Of a DNA stretch of 64,000 nucleotides, positions 25,153 to 37,416 are shown in pieces; the stretch's first letter is position 1; every line of letters starts with the position of its first letter. The position numbers and the translations under genes are program-made. Under the pieces are notes generated by a model that had not been told where the DNA came from, ran no database searches, and saw only the letters and a program-made list of their open reading frames with translations. This stretch comes from Basidiobolus meristosporus CBS 931.73 (Eukaryota > Fungi > Basidiobolomycota). The stretch is taken from positions 92,201-156,200 of the forward strand of contig MCFE01000142.1 in the NCBI GenBank assembly GCA_002104905.1. The letters are read 5' to 3'.

Positions 25153-25971
25153 TCAGGATCGGAACGAGGTGGTGCTGTTGGATGGAGTTGCCAGGTGCTG
25201 TTGCCCAACGGGTTGGCTTGCCAGAGAGGACGGGATCCTGTGGTTTGACTGATCTAGCAATGACCGTCGATAGTTCTCTAGCTTGGCAACCGACTTCTTG
25301 TATGCATTCATACGACGACGTCTGCGAAGGTAGATAAACAGGATGCAGCTGGCCAGCAAGGCAAAGCATCCAACTCCAATAATTATATACCCCCATGTCG
25401 GGAAATGGTTGTAGTCTATATCGCTTCCGCATATGTTCTTCCTACAGGCTCCGGAATGGCACTGTCTGTCTTCGGAGCAAGGTTCGTTATTCTCAAGGGC
25501 GCCTACACATGTTCTGGTGTTAGTGGAGCAAAATGAGCCACTTGCGCAGTTGTCTCGGTTGATCAGGTAGAGACTAACATCATCGATGATGCACGGCTGG
25601 CCAAGTTGGACATCTTTTAAGAAGCATTTCTGAGCCAAGCAAATGCCAACCTCGCCCTCGCATGAATCATCCCGGCCGAAACTACAGATATCGCCCTGCT
25701 TCACTTTCGGCATACAGCCAACTCTATTGTTAGGGCAATACTCTGTCACGCCGCACTGGGGTGGTGCGGGAAGATTGGCCGGCCACTCGTCTAGGTACTC
25801 ATCGATGCGACATCCCACAAAGGCGCATCTGTTTGTCAAATCGTCGCATGTTAATGTTACGTTGTTGCAGGGCTCTTTGGAAGACAATTCACTCGGCGTG
25901 CATTTATCACCCAGTTGATAAGCAGCCAACAACGCAAAGGCATAAGCGGCCAGAAATACAGCCCGTATCAT
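25153..25971 (-). CDS. Cys-rich single-pass type I membrane protein (272 aa)
   Basis: Signal peptide from ATG 25971, ~20 Cys ectodomain, TM helix WGYIIIGVGCFALLASCILFIYL, polybasic stop-transfer RRRRR. Confidence 0.85.
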   Translation of the reverse strand: MIRAVFLAAYAFALLAAYQLGDKCTPSELSSKEPCNNVTLTCDDLTNRCAFVGCRIDEYLDEWPANLPAPPQCGVTEYCPNNRVGCMPKVKQGDICSFGRDDSCEGEVGICLAQKCFLKDVQLGQPCIIDDVSLYLINRDNCASGSFCSTNTRTCVGALENNEPCSEDRQCHSGACRKNICGSDIDYNHFPTWGYIIIGVGCFALLASCILFIYLRRRRRMNAYKKSVAKLENYRRSLLDQSNHRIPSSLASQPVGQQHLATPSNSTTSFRS

Positions 25972-28900
25972 CTTAAGCAGTGCCAACTGTTGATGGGGGT
26001 CGTGTGTTCAGTGAAAATGGACCAACTAGTGAAAATACCGCTGTCTTGAGGATGAGCTGATTTATATACTTGTTCAGGAAGGAGGTGACATCACGATTTG
26101 CCACCGAAACCCACCCAGCAATACCAAGGGTTTTCCAGTCAGGTCGTCTGGAATCCAATTCTCCATTCATTGAGGTCCAGCTAGACTGATGCACGATATC
26201 TAGAATAATACGCGATCTAGCAGAGTGGGCACTCATGATGGTTGTACGGCAGCTTCACGCCAGTGCTGGTCCATGACAATGTAGGCTGTAGCTATTAGAG
26301 TTAACCAATGAAAGGATGTGCTTGGTTGGGACTCAGTCCGGATAGGATCAAAATGGAAATGCCATATGGTGGATCAGATTTGTAGATGATTCGGAGTCAT
26401 ACACGATTGATAGACAAGCCTCTAAGATAGATACGGTGCCCCCTCATAAGCACAAATCCTTTCATTGCGTTTAGAACATTCCTTAATACCACAAACAAGT
26501 GGAACATCCCCAAGAGCACACCGCTGTCGAAATACGCGGTCCTCCTTGTAGTGGGAAAGTCTACCCCAGCTCCACGTCAGAATTAGTTAGGCTTACATAA
26601 ATGGCTCGTCAAGATGATGTCGAATTCATTTCAGCGGCCAGGTGCGGATTCTCCAGGGCAGATGATGAATTCCGTTTTAATTAGTCAATATTCGGAATCC
26701 CCGATATTCTTGCTGATTCGCTAGCTGAATTCCAATTGAACTCTGGGCGTGTTTGGCTCAGCACGATCGCTCTTGATCGCAACATTGGCAATTCTGGGAT
26801 GATGTGCAAAAGCATATTACAGCACTAAATGGAGGGTAATAGGAAAACAACAACACCGAGTATCTTTGTATTTTTCCATGCCTCTGCCTAACCATCTGGT
26901 ACAACTTGGGGTTCTTAAATGGGGATGACCAACAAATGCTATTCAATCGCTCTGCTAAGGCTTGATCCCACTGTGTTATTCTGCTGAGAAAGGGTGGAAG
27001 GTAACAATCACCCCAGTGCAAATTCCCTATTGCAGTAGACTGTGCTACCGAGATATCCAAAGATCCAGCTCCATCTTTTCTTCTTGGTAGGACATTTGCC
27101 AGAATAAAATGTCTATTGTGCATCGGTTGCTTGTACTCAGGCTCAGGTATATTTGGATAAATAGGTCTCCTGCGAATATTATACATTCCACGCCATTGGC
27201 CTGAAGTGCTGGTCAAAGTTCCCAGTATCTTCTGATTATGTAAACTCGCTTGGTCATTTTACTTTCTGACGACGGTCGTCTGGTTTTATTCGTTAGCCAT
27301 CATGTAAGTGGGCTAGCCAGTCGCAAGCTTAGCCACTTTGGGGTGATGACTCCCATGAGAATCCTGTGGGGGGGGCGATGTTCAAGGAGAGATTTTGCGC
27401 TTCCCATGTATTTTTCGGCTGGTAGTACGGTGTTGCTAGAAATCCAAATAGATATTCGCCAGCCAATGGCTGCTAGGCGACCTATCCACCACCTCAGTTT
27501 CCAAAATTTGGTGATCAGTTGGAAACACTGCTAATGATAAGCCATCCAAAATGCACCGTGGTTGGCTGCATTTGACCCAAGGAGGCATACACAGATTCAT
27601 GCCGAATTCCGAACTAAAATAAGCAAGTTCTGCATAGAGTTCACAGGATTTGAATTTCTGGCCTGGAAGAACCCATCCACCCTATTCTCAAACCTAGCCA
27701 ATGGATGCTTCTCAACTGTCTCATGCATTTAGGATCTAATGGTGGCCAGGTTTGAAAGGGGATGGCTCGCTCCTCGGTTGAGTGTTGGTCGCAACGAGAC
27801 CGGGATGGTGGTGGCTATTCTCTCCTAAAAGCAGATTTGGTTGCATCATTTCTATTGATACACACCCGGCAGACCCCAAGTGCCGATATCGAGTGCTGTA
27901 ATGCAATGGAATATGGCCGCAGTATAAAAGCTGCCCAAGAGCTCTTTTCGGGCAAATGGTGACAGGTTGCTGTGGCATTGTGGCTCGACTAGTCTTATTT
28001 TAACAACACAGTCTGTCACTGTGCCAATTGACGCTTGAGAATATAAAAGCTCTATATCTACTAGCCCTTTGAGTCTGAGAATCCGGCATTCTGTGCCATG
28101 TAACCTCCACTCACGATCGATAATGGTATTTCGGGATCATTGGGAGTGTTTCATAGGGCTCGGCTTATGTGGGTGATCCGTGTTCACATTGAAGCTGGTT
28201 TACTGCCCATGCAAGGTCACTTCGAAAATGTTGGAAATATATGTATCGTTTTTAAGGAAACCACATGTATTGCAGCCATATATACTCTGTGGAGCTGGTT
28301 CACGCACCAACGAAAGGTAAACTAGTCTGCTGGGTTCAGACAAACACCCCAAAGGTTTGAAATCTCCGGCAGTTACACATGAAGGCGGTGGCCTCTTGGA
28401 TATCATGATGGCGAATCTCGCCATACATGAAGGATCTGTAATTGCGATGCCGTTTCGAAACATTAGTCTGCAGCCATTAAACCCGCGTTTGCTGAACTGG
28501 CCCAGTCGTCGAAATCCAGAGACGGAATGAGTGCATGGGTATAGCTGCATTTTAGCGCATAAATGAAGCCAATGGCAGTTGGTGGGTATCTACCAATAGT
28601 TGTGATGGCTGGCCACTAATCTGTTTCGATTCGGCTCCGTTTGCAAAGGTGTTCTCTGGATCAGCCAAGGATCAAAGACCCACAACAGTCACCGATCTGT
28701 GCTCTTTCTTGGAGACACGTGAAGAATAGCCATGGTTCCGTTGGATTCTGGGTTGGTGCTATATCAAGCCAATAAAAGGAGTCCATGGTGAGTGCCCTAG
28801 TTTGGGATTCCTGAAACACGCTAATTACCATGTAAGATAGTCAAAGCTCGTGTTCTGTAAGTTCATACAGAACAGGCGTTATTTCATGCTGATTCAGAGA

Positions 28901-30797
28901 GCCAAAGATCATTCCTGAAGTACATAGCTGCTCTTCTATATTCCGGCCTGGGTGGAGCCTAGTAGCAAGTCCTCATGCTTTTCGAATATACTTGTCAGAT
29001 CTACTTCTGGTAAGCCACTCCTCAGTACACCTGCCGCCACAACTTGCTTTCAGCTTCACTGTTGAGGTGCGCGTCCACAAGGCATAAAACGAAGCCCAAT
29101 TCATACAGTGAGTGATAGCCTCGTCAATCTACCGCCTGCCACGAATGGGGCGGGGCAATGTTGTGTATCTCAATAATAGTTTGGCATTTCGTGAATGCAG
29201 CTGGATATTAACACGGTCAAACATTCTCATAGAGCCACCTAAAGCAAATGCGAGCCATTTTTCAGATTAGGATCTTCCATACTTGTTTCGATTTGCATTA
29301 CATTACATGAATGGCCCCCTCGGATCCTGGGCCTCTGTTCTGGGATTTCTCATACGACATATACGGTGGCAAGCACGCGACCACCAGACACCACAGCCAG
29401 ATCGAGCTAAGCCACCAAAGGCCTGAGGAAAGAAACACGAATAATTTTCTTCAGAGAATCGCATCACGGACCGGATGCTTCCCATCCTCGCTACATGCAA
29501 TCTTTGCAACCATCTGCATCAGCAATCAGGATCAAGTTGGTTGTTATCCATGGGATACCAATTTTCGTGATGGGGATCGAAGGATTTAGCTGGAGAGCCG
29601 GAAAATCTGCCAAGTAGAATGGCAGGCTGGCGAGGATGCCTTCCGGTTTGACTGATTATGAATCCGATGACTAACAAGGGCGCTCGTAAGGCGAGACTGC
29701 TCTAAACAAGTCACTATTATTAAACAAGGTTTGCAGGCACTCGATCGCTTTTGGGGAATTCTTGCAGCACATAGTCCTTTGCCATGTACGTGTTCAACTG
29801 ATGGATCCAAACATCGGCGCAGCAGACGGGAAGTTCTCATCCTCGCGCTTAGGTTCCCTTTGGCTGGGATGGGTGCATGTCAGGCCTCCGCTCCCAGCCT
29901 ATACATTCGCATCGTAGGTGAAGAGCGGGTATAGGGGCCTTTACGCAAAGAATGGCCGAGAATCTGCTGGGGGCTCCTTGTATCCGTGGATCTTGAGCAG
30001 TCGATCTCAGCAAATGGCGAGGCTTCGAGCCTTGGCTACCATGACACTCGTAATCTGATTGGATGCCGGTGACTTCACGAGTGGATTGTCTTTTGATAGC
30101 AACATTTGGGAAATCCATGATGTGGAATCGATTTCAATTAGACCAAGGTTGATGAAACCATTACCATTTCCGCTATTTCTGGCCAATATCAGCAGCAAAC
30201 TTGCTTTAGGTTGGCTCAGATACTCTTTCGACAATAGCTCAATCCATTGGAATAGGAGACTCCCAAAGATGATGGCTGCCGTTCCCACCAGAATCAGCCA
30301 TGCGACAACGGCCGATCGGAAATATCCGAAGTCTCTTGGGTGGCCGCTAGTGCCCACCTACGCCCTACACTATAAAGGAGGTTTTCAATCACCTGCATTG
30401 ACTACCTGAATAGTTAGAAAAGCCATCACGGATTCATCAAGCCGGAAACATAGAGTTAGAAGAAATTGAAACAAACATCTGTCATCCGATGGCTTATGGA
30501 TGATTTTCCGCCTAATGGATATATGCATCATCAGAGACAGGAATTGGATCCAGCATGGCGGAGAAGCGCTCAAATATGCTGGGATCCGTTTTCACCATTT
30601 TAATTTGTTTCTGAAATCAGCAAACATCCAGTATATAAAAGGGGACAATCACCCACCCTTCCCTACCGATTTACATCACATTCTTCCACATCCTACCAAC
30701 CTTGCAACTGCACTCCAAGTGTGCACTCACTCCAATTCAACTCGAACATACTTGCCAGCGTTAAGCTACTTCACTTTCAGCCTTTATTCAGAATAGA

Positions 30798-31760
30798 ATG
30801 CTCTGCTTCGATTTCGGCTATATTCTCTCTGCTTTCTCCCAACCGCAGAAAAAGCATCCAGCTGAAAGTTCCATAAGTCCGTTCTACTTCAACTCCGAGT
30901 TGAAGAAGTGGTTGCCTTTGCCACGTGATCAGGTGGATGCCATCCCTCCATTCTCTGGTCGGAACAGCTTCGATGATGATGTTGCTTTTGGAACGTGGAA
31001 GCTATGCTGCTATAATATCTCTGGCTCTGACGAGCCCCTTTCAGAGGCGCGCATTGATGCCATCCTCCACCTATTACTGAAGGAGGATGCCGACGTGATC
31101 TGCCTACAAGAAGTCACACCGGAGTTTGTAGATCAGATTAAAAAAGAGCTTTGGGTTCAACAGGGCTACATTCTCTCCGATATCGAGTCTCAATCACTTC
31201 ATCCACAAGGGGTCTTTATGCTCTCACGCCTCCCACTTCACCCATTCTACGAGACATATTTACCCTCGAAGCAACAAAAAAAGATGCTCTACGCGGACGT
31301 ATACATCAACGAGCAGTCCGTAGTCAGAATTGCTACTTCCCATCTGGAGGGCCAGCGGCAAAATGTAAGGGAACAGCAGCTGGAATCCATCAGATCAGTG
31401 CTTTTGCCCGAGTCTGAGAAAGATAAATTCGTAACCTCGGTGATTTGTGGCGACTTCAACTTCGCAGGACCGAATGAGGATTCTGTCTTGAGAGGAGCAA
31501 ACTTCGTGGACGCATGGGTAAACAAGTACCCGGAGAACGAAAAGGGTGCTGGTTACACCCTTGGCGTGAACTATCCTTCATCCAATCCCTCACGAAACGA
31601 CCGCGTATACGTATGTAATCATGACAAAGAACTTCAATGGGAGGCAGTGAGGTTCAAGCTGATCGGTGATGAGCCCATCGCTGACGGCGGAGAGGCGAAA
31701 GTCTTTCCATCAAGCCACCTTGGACTTAGTCTCACCTTCACCGCCACCTGGCCCAACTGA
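30798..31760 (+). CDS. Endonuclease/exonuclease/phosphatase (EEP) protein, TDP2-like
   Basis: Motifs YNI, ADVICLQEV, IATSHLE, ICGDFNF, FVDAW, RNDRVY, SSHLGL; TATA-like TATAAAAGG near 30632. Confidence 0.9.
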   Translation: MLCFDFGYILSAFSQPQKKHPAESSISPFYFNSELKKWLPLPRDQVDAIPPFSGRNSFDDDVAFGTWKLCCYNISGSDEPLSEARIDAILHLLLKEDADVICLQEVTPEFVDQIKKELWVQQGYILSDIESQSLHPQGVFMLSRLPLHPFYETYLPSKQQKKMLYADVYINEQSVVRIATSHLEGQRQNVREQQLESIRSVLLPESEKDKFVTSVICGDFNFAGPNEDSVLRGANFVDAWVNKYPENEKGAGYTLGVNYPSSNPSRNDRVYVCNHDKELQWEAVRFKLIGDEPIADGGEAKVFPSSHLGLSLTFTATWPN

Positions 31761-33128
31761 GTGGCAATCGACACATCCCCAATTCATTCGACCTTATCAA
31801 TCCAACCCCAGACCGAGACCAAGAGAAACCGCCCAAACGTAGATGCTGGTCCAATACTTATCCTCATTATACGCATGTGCTACCCAGTTGTAATATTTTC
31901 CCACCATACCAGACCCACGTTAATTCTTTTGAAGCCGCACGATACTTGTACCATTTCCGCCATTTTGCTATTGTCTTCTCCCAGACTCATCCCCCCGCAC
32001 TTCTCATCTCAGAAGTATCTTCCTATCCCACAAGTGCTATCTCAGCTACCACATCACTAACGAGGAGGCATTCCTGCAATTTGGGATGCTCCATGTACAG
32101 TATACTAAAATCCATTATCATCCAATAAAACTAGATGCGGCATTGGTGGCTTATGCGACTGAGCAGCCAAGTTCCAACGCATCCTATGAATATCATGTAT
32201 ATTCGAGATTCCGTTTCAGACACTCATTTTGCTGCAGGGATCCATAACAAAACATCGCTTGCAACAGGTTGGCCGAGAGCTAGGCGCTGTGCAGAGATCC
32301 CAAGGGTTTCATTCTCTTGGTGCTAGTTTGATAGATTAAGATCAGTTGCATCATCTACACGATCGATTAGTAAGTTGAGCAGATAATGGTGACTCATTAG
32401 GGATTAACATGGAGTGCTGGATCAGATCCTAGTCCAGGTAAGGGCATTGCGATCCAAGGATACAGGCAAATGGCAAATGGTAAATGGAGGGTTGATGGAA
32501 TGGTGCTGACTGCATTAATTGATCCAGACCAAGAAAAGCCAAGTCCCCACCAAACTGTAGATTGAATATGCGGGGCCTATGGCAGCGCATTCAATGTTCG
32601 TCAATCACTCCCAAGTGCCTAGCCCTTGGTAGGAAAATACATCACACCCTGGATGCAGATGGGCAACCAAAGGCGCTTCACCGGATCACGGTGCGCCGGT
32701 CCGCAGACGACGCTTAGCTGGGTTCAACTGGCGCACGTCGATTCATTGCGCTCTCTCTGGTATTGAATGTCGGGTATAGCGGTGCTTCATTGGCTTAGCA
32801 AAGTATATAGGCAATGGTACGAGTCGGCAATCCCTAGATCGGATTTGGCTCCAGCTGTGCCGTGTCTAATGCATGGCGCCCTAACCAGACCAAGTGATCT
32901 GGCACTGGCAGTGATGTTTGGCAACAAGGCTATTTCGGGTGCTCAACAATCTTCGCATGGCCCTTGATCGCAGATGACCGTGGAAATTGTATATTGAATT
33001 ACCACCTCCTTCATCAACTCGATATTTGATGAGGCAATAACCATGCACCCCTCGAATACGGCATGCATTCTTATTGGGCCATTATTCTGTTTTCAATATT
33101 TATTTAAAACGGCGATTGATGGATTAGA

Positions 33129-34166
33129 ATGTTTAATAAGCTAGACATGTTTGGTGCGTCCTTCCTGTCAATATTGACTTTGGCTGGGCCATATGCTCAA
33201 TTCGTCTCCCTTCGGTTCCGCTCGCCACCTATTCTTTGGTTGGCAACCCTCGTGAGCGTATTGTTCGAGCTATGGTTCATCGCGTATTTCAGTCTTCCCG
33301 GGCAACCCTTGATCACCGTGATCGCCAAAGGCGGGGCGGCGTTTTTCGTGATGCGGTTACCAAAGCTAGGGTACTTCAGTAAGCTCACTGAAAGGGCAGA
33401 GCTCAGAAACAGCCCTATGTTGTACTTCAGAGAGGTGTTCACTCTTCGTAGACCTGGCGATGCCAGCCTAGTATCGAAGCCATTCCCCCACCATTTTCAG
33501 GTGGCCTTTTCGCAATACCTTCTGGCCAATCTGATTTTTGTGTACTTCCGTACCCACCCACCTCGTACCAAACTTGAGACGAACCAACTGTTGGATTTCA
33601 CCGATTTCGAACTAACGCTTCAGACCGGCCTGTACTGTGTGTTGCTGTACTCGTACATGTCCTTTATGTACCTGATATTATTTGGAAGCGTCAGTTATCT
33701 CGTCGGCACAACCTACTACTCCATACACGATTCTCCCTTCACCTCCCTCTCCCTCCGAGAGTTCTGGAACCAGAGATGGAACCGGGTGTTCCAGAGTGAC
33801 TTCCGAGCAATCATCGCCCAGCCTGTATATAATCTGGCCACGAAGCACCTGAGTCTCCCCAGACGACCGGCCATGTTTCTCGCAGGGTGGACAACGTTCG
33901 CGTTTAGCGGCGTCTTCCATGAATACCTCGTGGGCTACCTTCTAGAGCAACCGGTCGTCTGGGAAAACTTCCGATTTTTTATGATCCAAGGGGCGGCGGT
34001 AAGCGGAGAGATATTGCTAGGCTACATGGTACCGCGCTGGAAACCGCCATCGGCGCTGCGAATCGCCATCAACCTGGTGTTCTTCCTGTGGACAAGCCCA
34101 CTCTTCATCAACCCATACATGAGGGCATCCGTTCATATCACCTGTGTTGTACCGTTGCTATTTTAG
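33129..34166 (+). CDS. Membrane-bound O-acyltransferase (MBOAT_2 / wax-synthase-like)
   Basis: Multi-TM protein; SPFTSLSLREFWNQRWNRVF and FAFSGVFHEYL (catalytic His). Confidence 0.9.
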   Translation: MFNKLDMFGASFLSILTLAGPYAQFVSLRFRSPPILWLATLVSVLFELWFIAYFSLPGQPLITVIAKGGAAFFVMRLPKLGYFSKLTERAELRNSPMLYFREVFTLRRPGDASLVSKPFPHHFQVAFSQYLLANLIFVYFRTHPPRTKLETNQLLDFTDFELTLQTGLYCVLLYSYMSFMYLILFGSVSYLVGTTYYSIHDSPFTSLSLREFWNQRWNRVFQSDFRAIIAQPVYNLATKHLSLPRRPAMFLAGWTTFAFSGVFHEYLVGYLLEQPVVWENFRFFMIQGAAVSGEILLGYMVPRWKPPSALRIAINLVFFLWTSPLFINPYMRASVHITCVVPLLF

Positions 34167-35447
34167 CATTAGTAGTGGAAATTGATTAAACAGTTGGAAA
34201 GTTAGTTGCAACCATTTGCAGAATCCACCTAAACCCAAATCCAATCCCCCAATCAGGAGCCATGAGGGGAATTGGCGGCGGAGCATGTTTGTGAACTGCT
34301 TCAAATAGTCTGATCCTCTTTCCCCTTTGCAGATGATCTCGGAATCTATGAACATCCACCGGCTGGACCATATGGTCCTGATCATACCAGAATCATATGG
34401 CCGGCTCAATGCGGTACTCTTCCATAGTGGCCATGCATTACAAATGTTGTATCACCCAGTTGTTGGAGATAGGATAATCTTGCACGAATGGCAGCGTCGT
34501 AGTTCCTCAGCGATTCCCAAGGGATTGTCTGTCAAACGGCGGGAGCGGTTTCTTCTCCCCGGCAGGTGGCTAATGTCTTACCTGCCCAATGACTTGTGAC
34601 GTCCCCGAGGGCAGTAAGTTGATGGTGAACTCTCAAGGGCCCGGATTTCCAAGGAGAAAAGCATCAATGCCTACCCAAGAGCCATGATTTTGCATCTGGA
34701 TTGCTGGGCGGCTGTATGCTGATTATCCTACCGAGCTTCAGGATAAGGTTGTGCAAAAACGCTCAACCCTAGCCCAACATCCCAACCCTGGCTTGCCATC
34801 CAAGTACACCAATTCGGTCGTATACTGGCTGCTGTCCTCAAGTTACAATAAACTCGGTAACGTGACACAACTCACTTGACATCATAGTTTTCAGCACTTG
34901 TACACAGTAGAGCACCTATAACCAATATGGCCAATGGTTCAAATCCAAGGTCAACTTGTGTCTAATGTGGAGCCCAAATGGCCATGCTGTTCTCCCCCAC
35001 ATCACCTCTACTCATATCCATCCAGTTTGTGGAGCTTGGTTTACAAACATGATACGCTGTATCTCCTTGACTGACAGAATATGACCCATATCAAGGCACG
35101 CAAATACTTTTTTTGCTGAGGCGTGCAGGGAATGTCGAGGAGCACTGGAATATAATAAATCTATCGATGCCCTACACCAACGAGATTGTCGTTCAGTGAA
35201 GTGGCGTAAAATGTAAATCACTCAGATTTACCCGTCCCGAGACGGCATGATAGATGCTCCATTGATAATCTTGTATTCACCCAAATCAAATAAGGAGATG
35301 GCCTTCAGTACAAAATGTGTCGTTGGTCCCGGTTTGGCCGCCTTCATTACCATCTCCAGCCCACTGAATCCTTTTGCCATCGCGATATCTATTCACACAA
35401 GCCTTAGTTGCTCGCACTTACCTCCCTAGTCCATTGAATACGTCGCT

Positions 35448-37155
35448 ATGGGAACAATCATACTAGTATGTCCACCATCATCATACATGGCCTGGCCGGG
35501 AATCCCCATTATTTTCAGCAATTTAACCATGCTATTTGTAGTTCTTTCGAGAGAATAAGAAGCGTTTTGTTGAAGACTGGCTGGTCACTCCTATCACCAT
35601 ATTTCTGATATTGGCGTATGTGTGGTGCATGGACCGACTGATCAAGCTTACTCCTATCACATTCCCCGGAAGCGTAAGTCCGCGATACAGATTCCTTGCT
35701 CAATGCTTCAAAGCTGACTGGAAACGTTATCCTTATAGGTGGCGAGTATGATCCTCACCTTCTTCCTCCTGCTCATCTTCAACTTCATCACCCCGCGGTA
35801 CACACGAAAGTTTATCGACCTTTTCTCCCCGGCTGTGACATTTCTGCTCAAATGGATCAATGTATTATTCTCCCCCGCCTTCATTCTGATCCCAAACAGC
35901 AATCCGATTACCGCCAGTGAGCTCGGAAAAGTGATTGGGGTGTTTGGTATGTGGAAACTAGCTCGTTCGTGCAAGGAAACCCATACTTACCTGTTCCCTC
36001 CTCCTCCCCCTAGCCATTGGTCTGGTTCTCTCGACCATTCTGACGACCTTTCTCATCCGCGGCTTCCAATGGATCAAGGTTCGCCTACTCAAGAGACGCG
36101 AGGCGCATCATATCGATTCTTATGAGCACGGCCCTAGCGAAGCCAGCGTTGTCGACCTTTCGGATAGTCCAACCTTAAGTGAGAAAAACTCGGCTTCGCA
36201 AGCAGAGACAAATTTAGGATGTAAAGAGAATCGTTCGTTCGACGAGGTCGATGGGTTCACCGATTTCCCAGAAAATCATCCGAAAGTCAAGAAATTACTT
36301 GAGAATCACATCAACTCGATCATTTACTTTGTGCTGTTTGTCCCCTCACTGATCGTGTACCTGGTGAATGGACAAACCTTACCGGTAAACTTATCCCTCA
36401 ACGTCCTGAGTTTCTACGCAGCCATGGCGGTCCCGATCAAAGTCCGACGATTCCTTCATCCGATCATCACGTGCTCTGCGTTGATGATTCTGTTTATCTA
36501 TCTTCTTGCTCTGATGCGGAGCCAAAGCTTGCACCAAGGCTTGGCTGCCTTCTCGACCGGTACGCGTTATCTAGTGCTATTCGATCCCACACGGAGCGGT
36601 CCAGTGCCCCAGCCTGGGGCAGGAGATGTGCTCTATTCTTTGCTGGATGGCAGTATAGTTTCGCTATCGTTCAACATGTTCAAGTATCGGAAAGAGTTGG
36701 CGGAGCATGCCTTTGAAATGATCCCTACCATTGGGATTCTAAGCGTCTCTTCGCTGTTCCTATACCCCTTGGTGGCGGGGGCAATCCAGATCACGCCACC
36801 TCGGGCGCTTTCTTTTGCCGGGCGAGCGATCACCACTCCTCTCGCGATCAACATCGAAACTGTGCTTGGTGGAGATGTTGGTTTGACCGTGATATTCGTG
36901 ATTCTCACCGGAATCATCGGTGCCGTCTGCGGGATCCGATTTTTGAGATGTCTGGGGGTCGATCCTAAGGATTATGTGGCAGTGGGGGTCTCCATGGGCT
37001 GCAATGCCCACGCCATCTCCACAGCAGCCCTGTTAGAGGTTGACCTGAAAGCGGCGGCCATCTCCTCGCTTAGCTTCGTTCTCTTCGGCACGATCGTTGT
37101 GATCCTGGTGGCCATACCCAGCATCACCAGTGTGATCCGGGGGTTCGTCATGTAA
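35448..37155 (+). CDS. LrgA-LrgB fusion membrane protein (PLGG1-like), 4 exons
   Basis: Exons 35448-35465, 35542-35673, 35739-35946, 36014-37155 with GT-AG introns splice in frame; FPGSVASMIL (LrgA-like); RAITTPLA, LTGIIGA, GCNAHAISTA (LrgB). Confidence 0.88.
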
Positions 37156-37416
37156 GACTGAAAGCGAAGTGAAGCCATGTAAATATTCTAATCTCTAATA
37201 AACCGCCGACACGCACACGAGCCTTCCGACGGCAACGACGTCCCTTGGCATTTCGAAATTGTTTATTGCTATTACTGGGGAAGTGATTTAGGCTGGGTTG
37301 GGATATTTGGGGAGCCGATCCCGTTAGGAATGCGGTCTTGGCAATAAAAGATAATGGTATACATGATGTGTCTGTGCTCGAAAGTAGAATTATGGGGTAG
37401 GCCATGGGTAAGGCAA

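Noticed and set aside
26000-30700. Short ORFs such as 26758-27216, 28200-28550, 30007-30357 and 30059-30409
   Set aside because: No recognisable motifs, mostly non-ATG starts, and no consistent splice model could be built; a gene here cannot be excluded.
34895-34960. tRNA-like pieces (CAGTAGAGCAC...GGTTCAAATCC)
   Set aside because: A T-loop-like motif is present but no convincing acceptor or anticodon stems can be folded.
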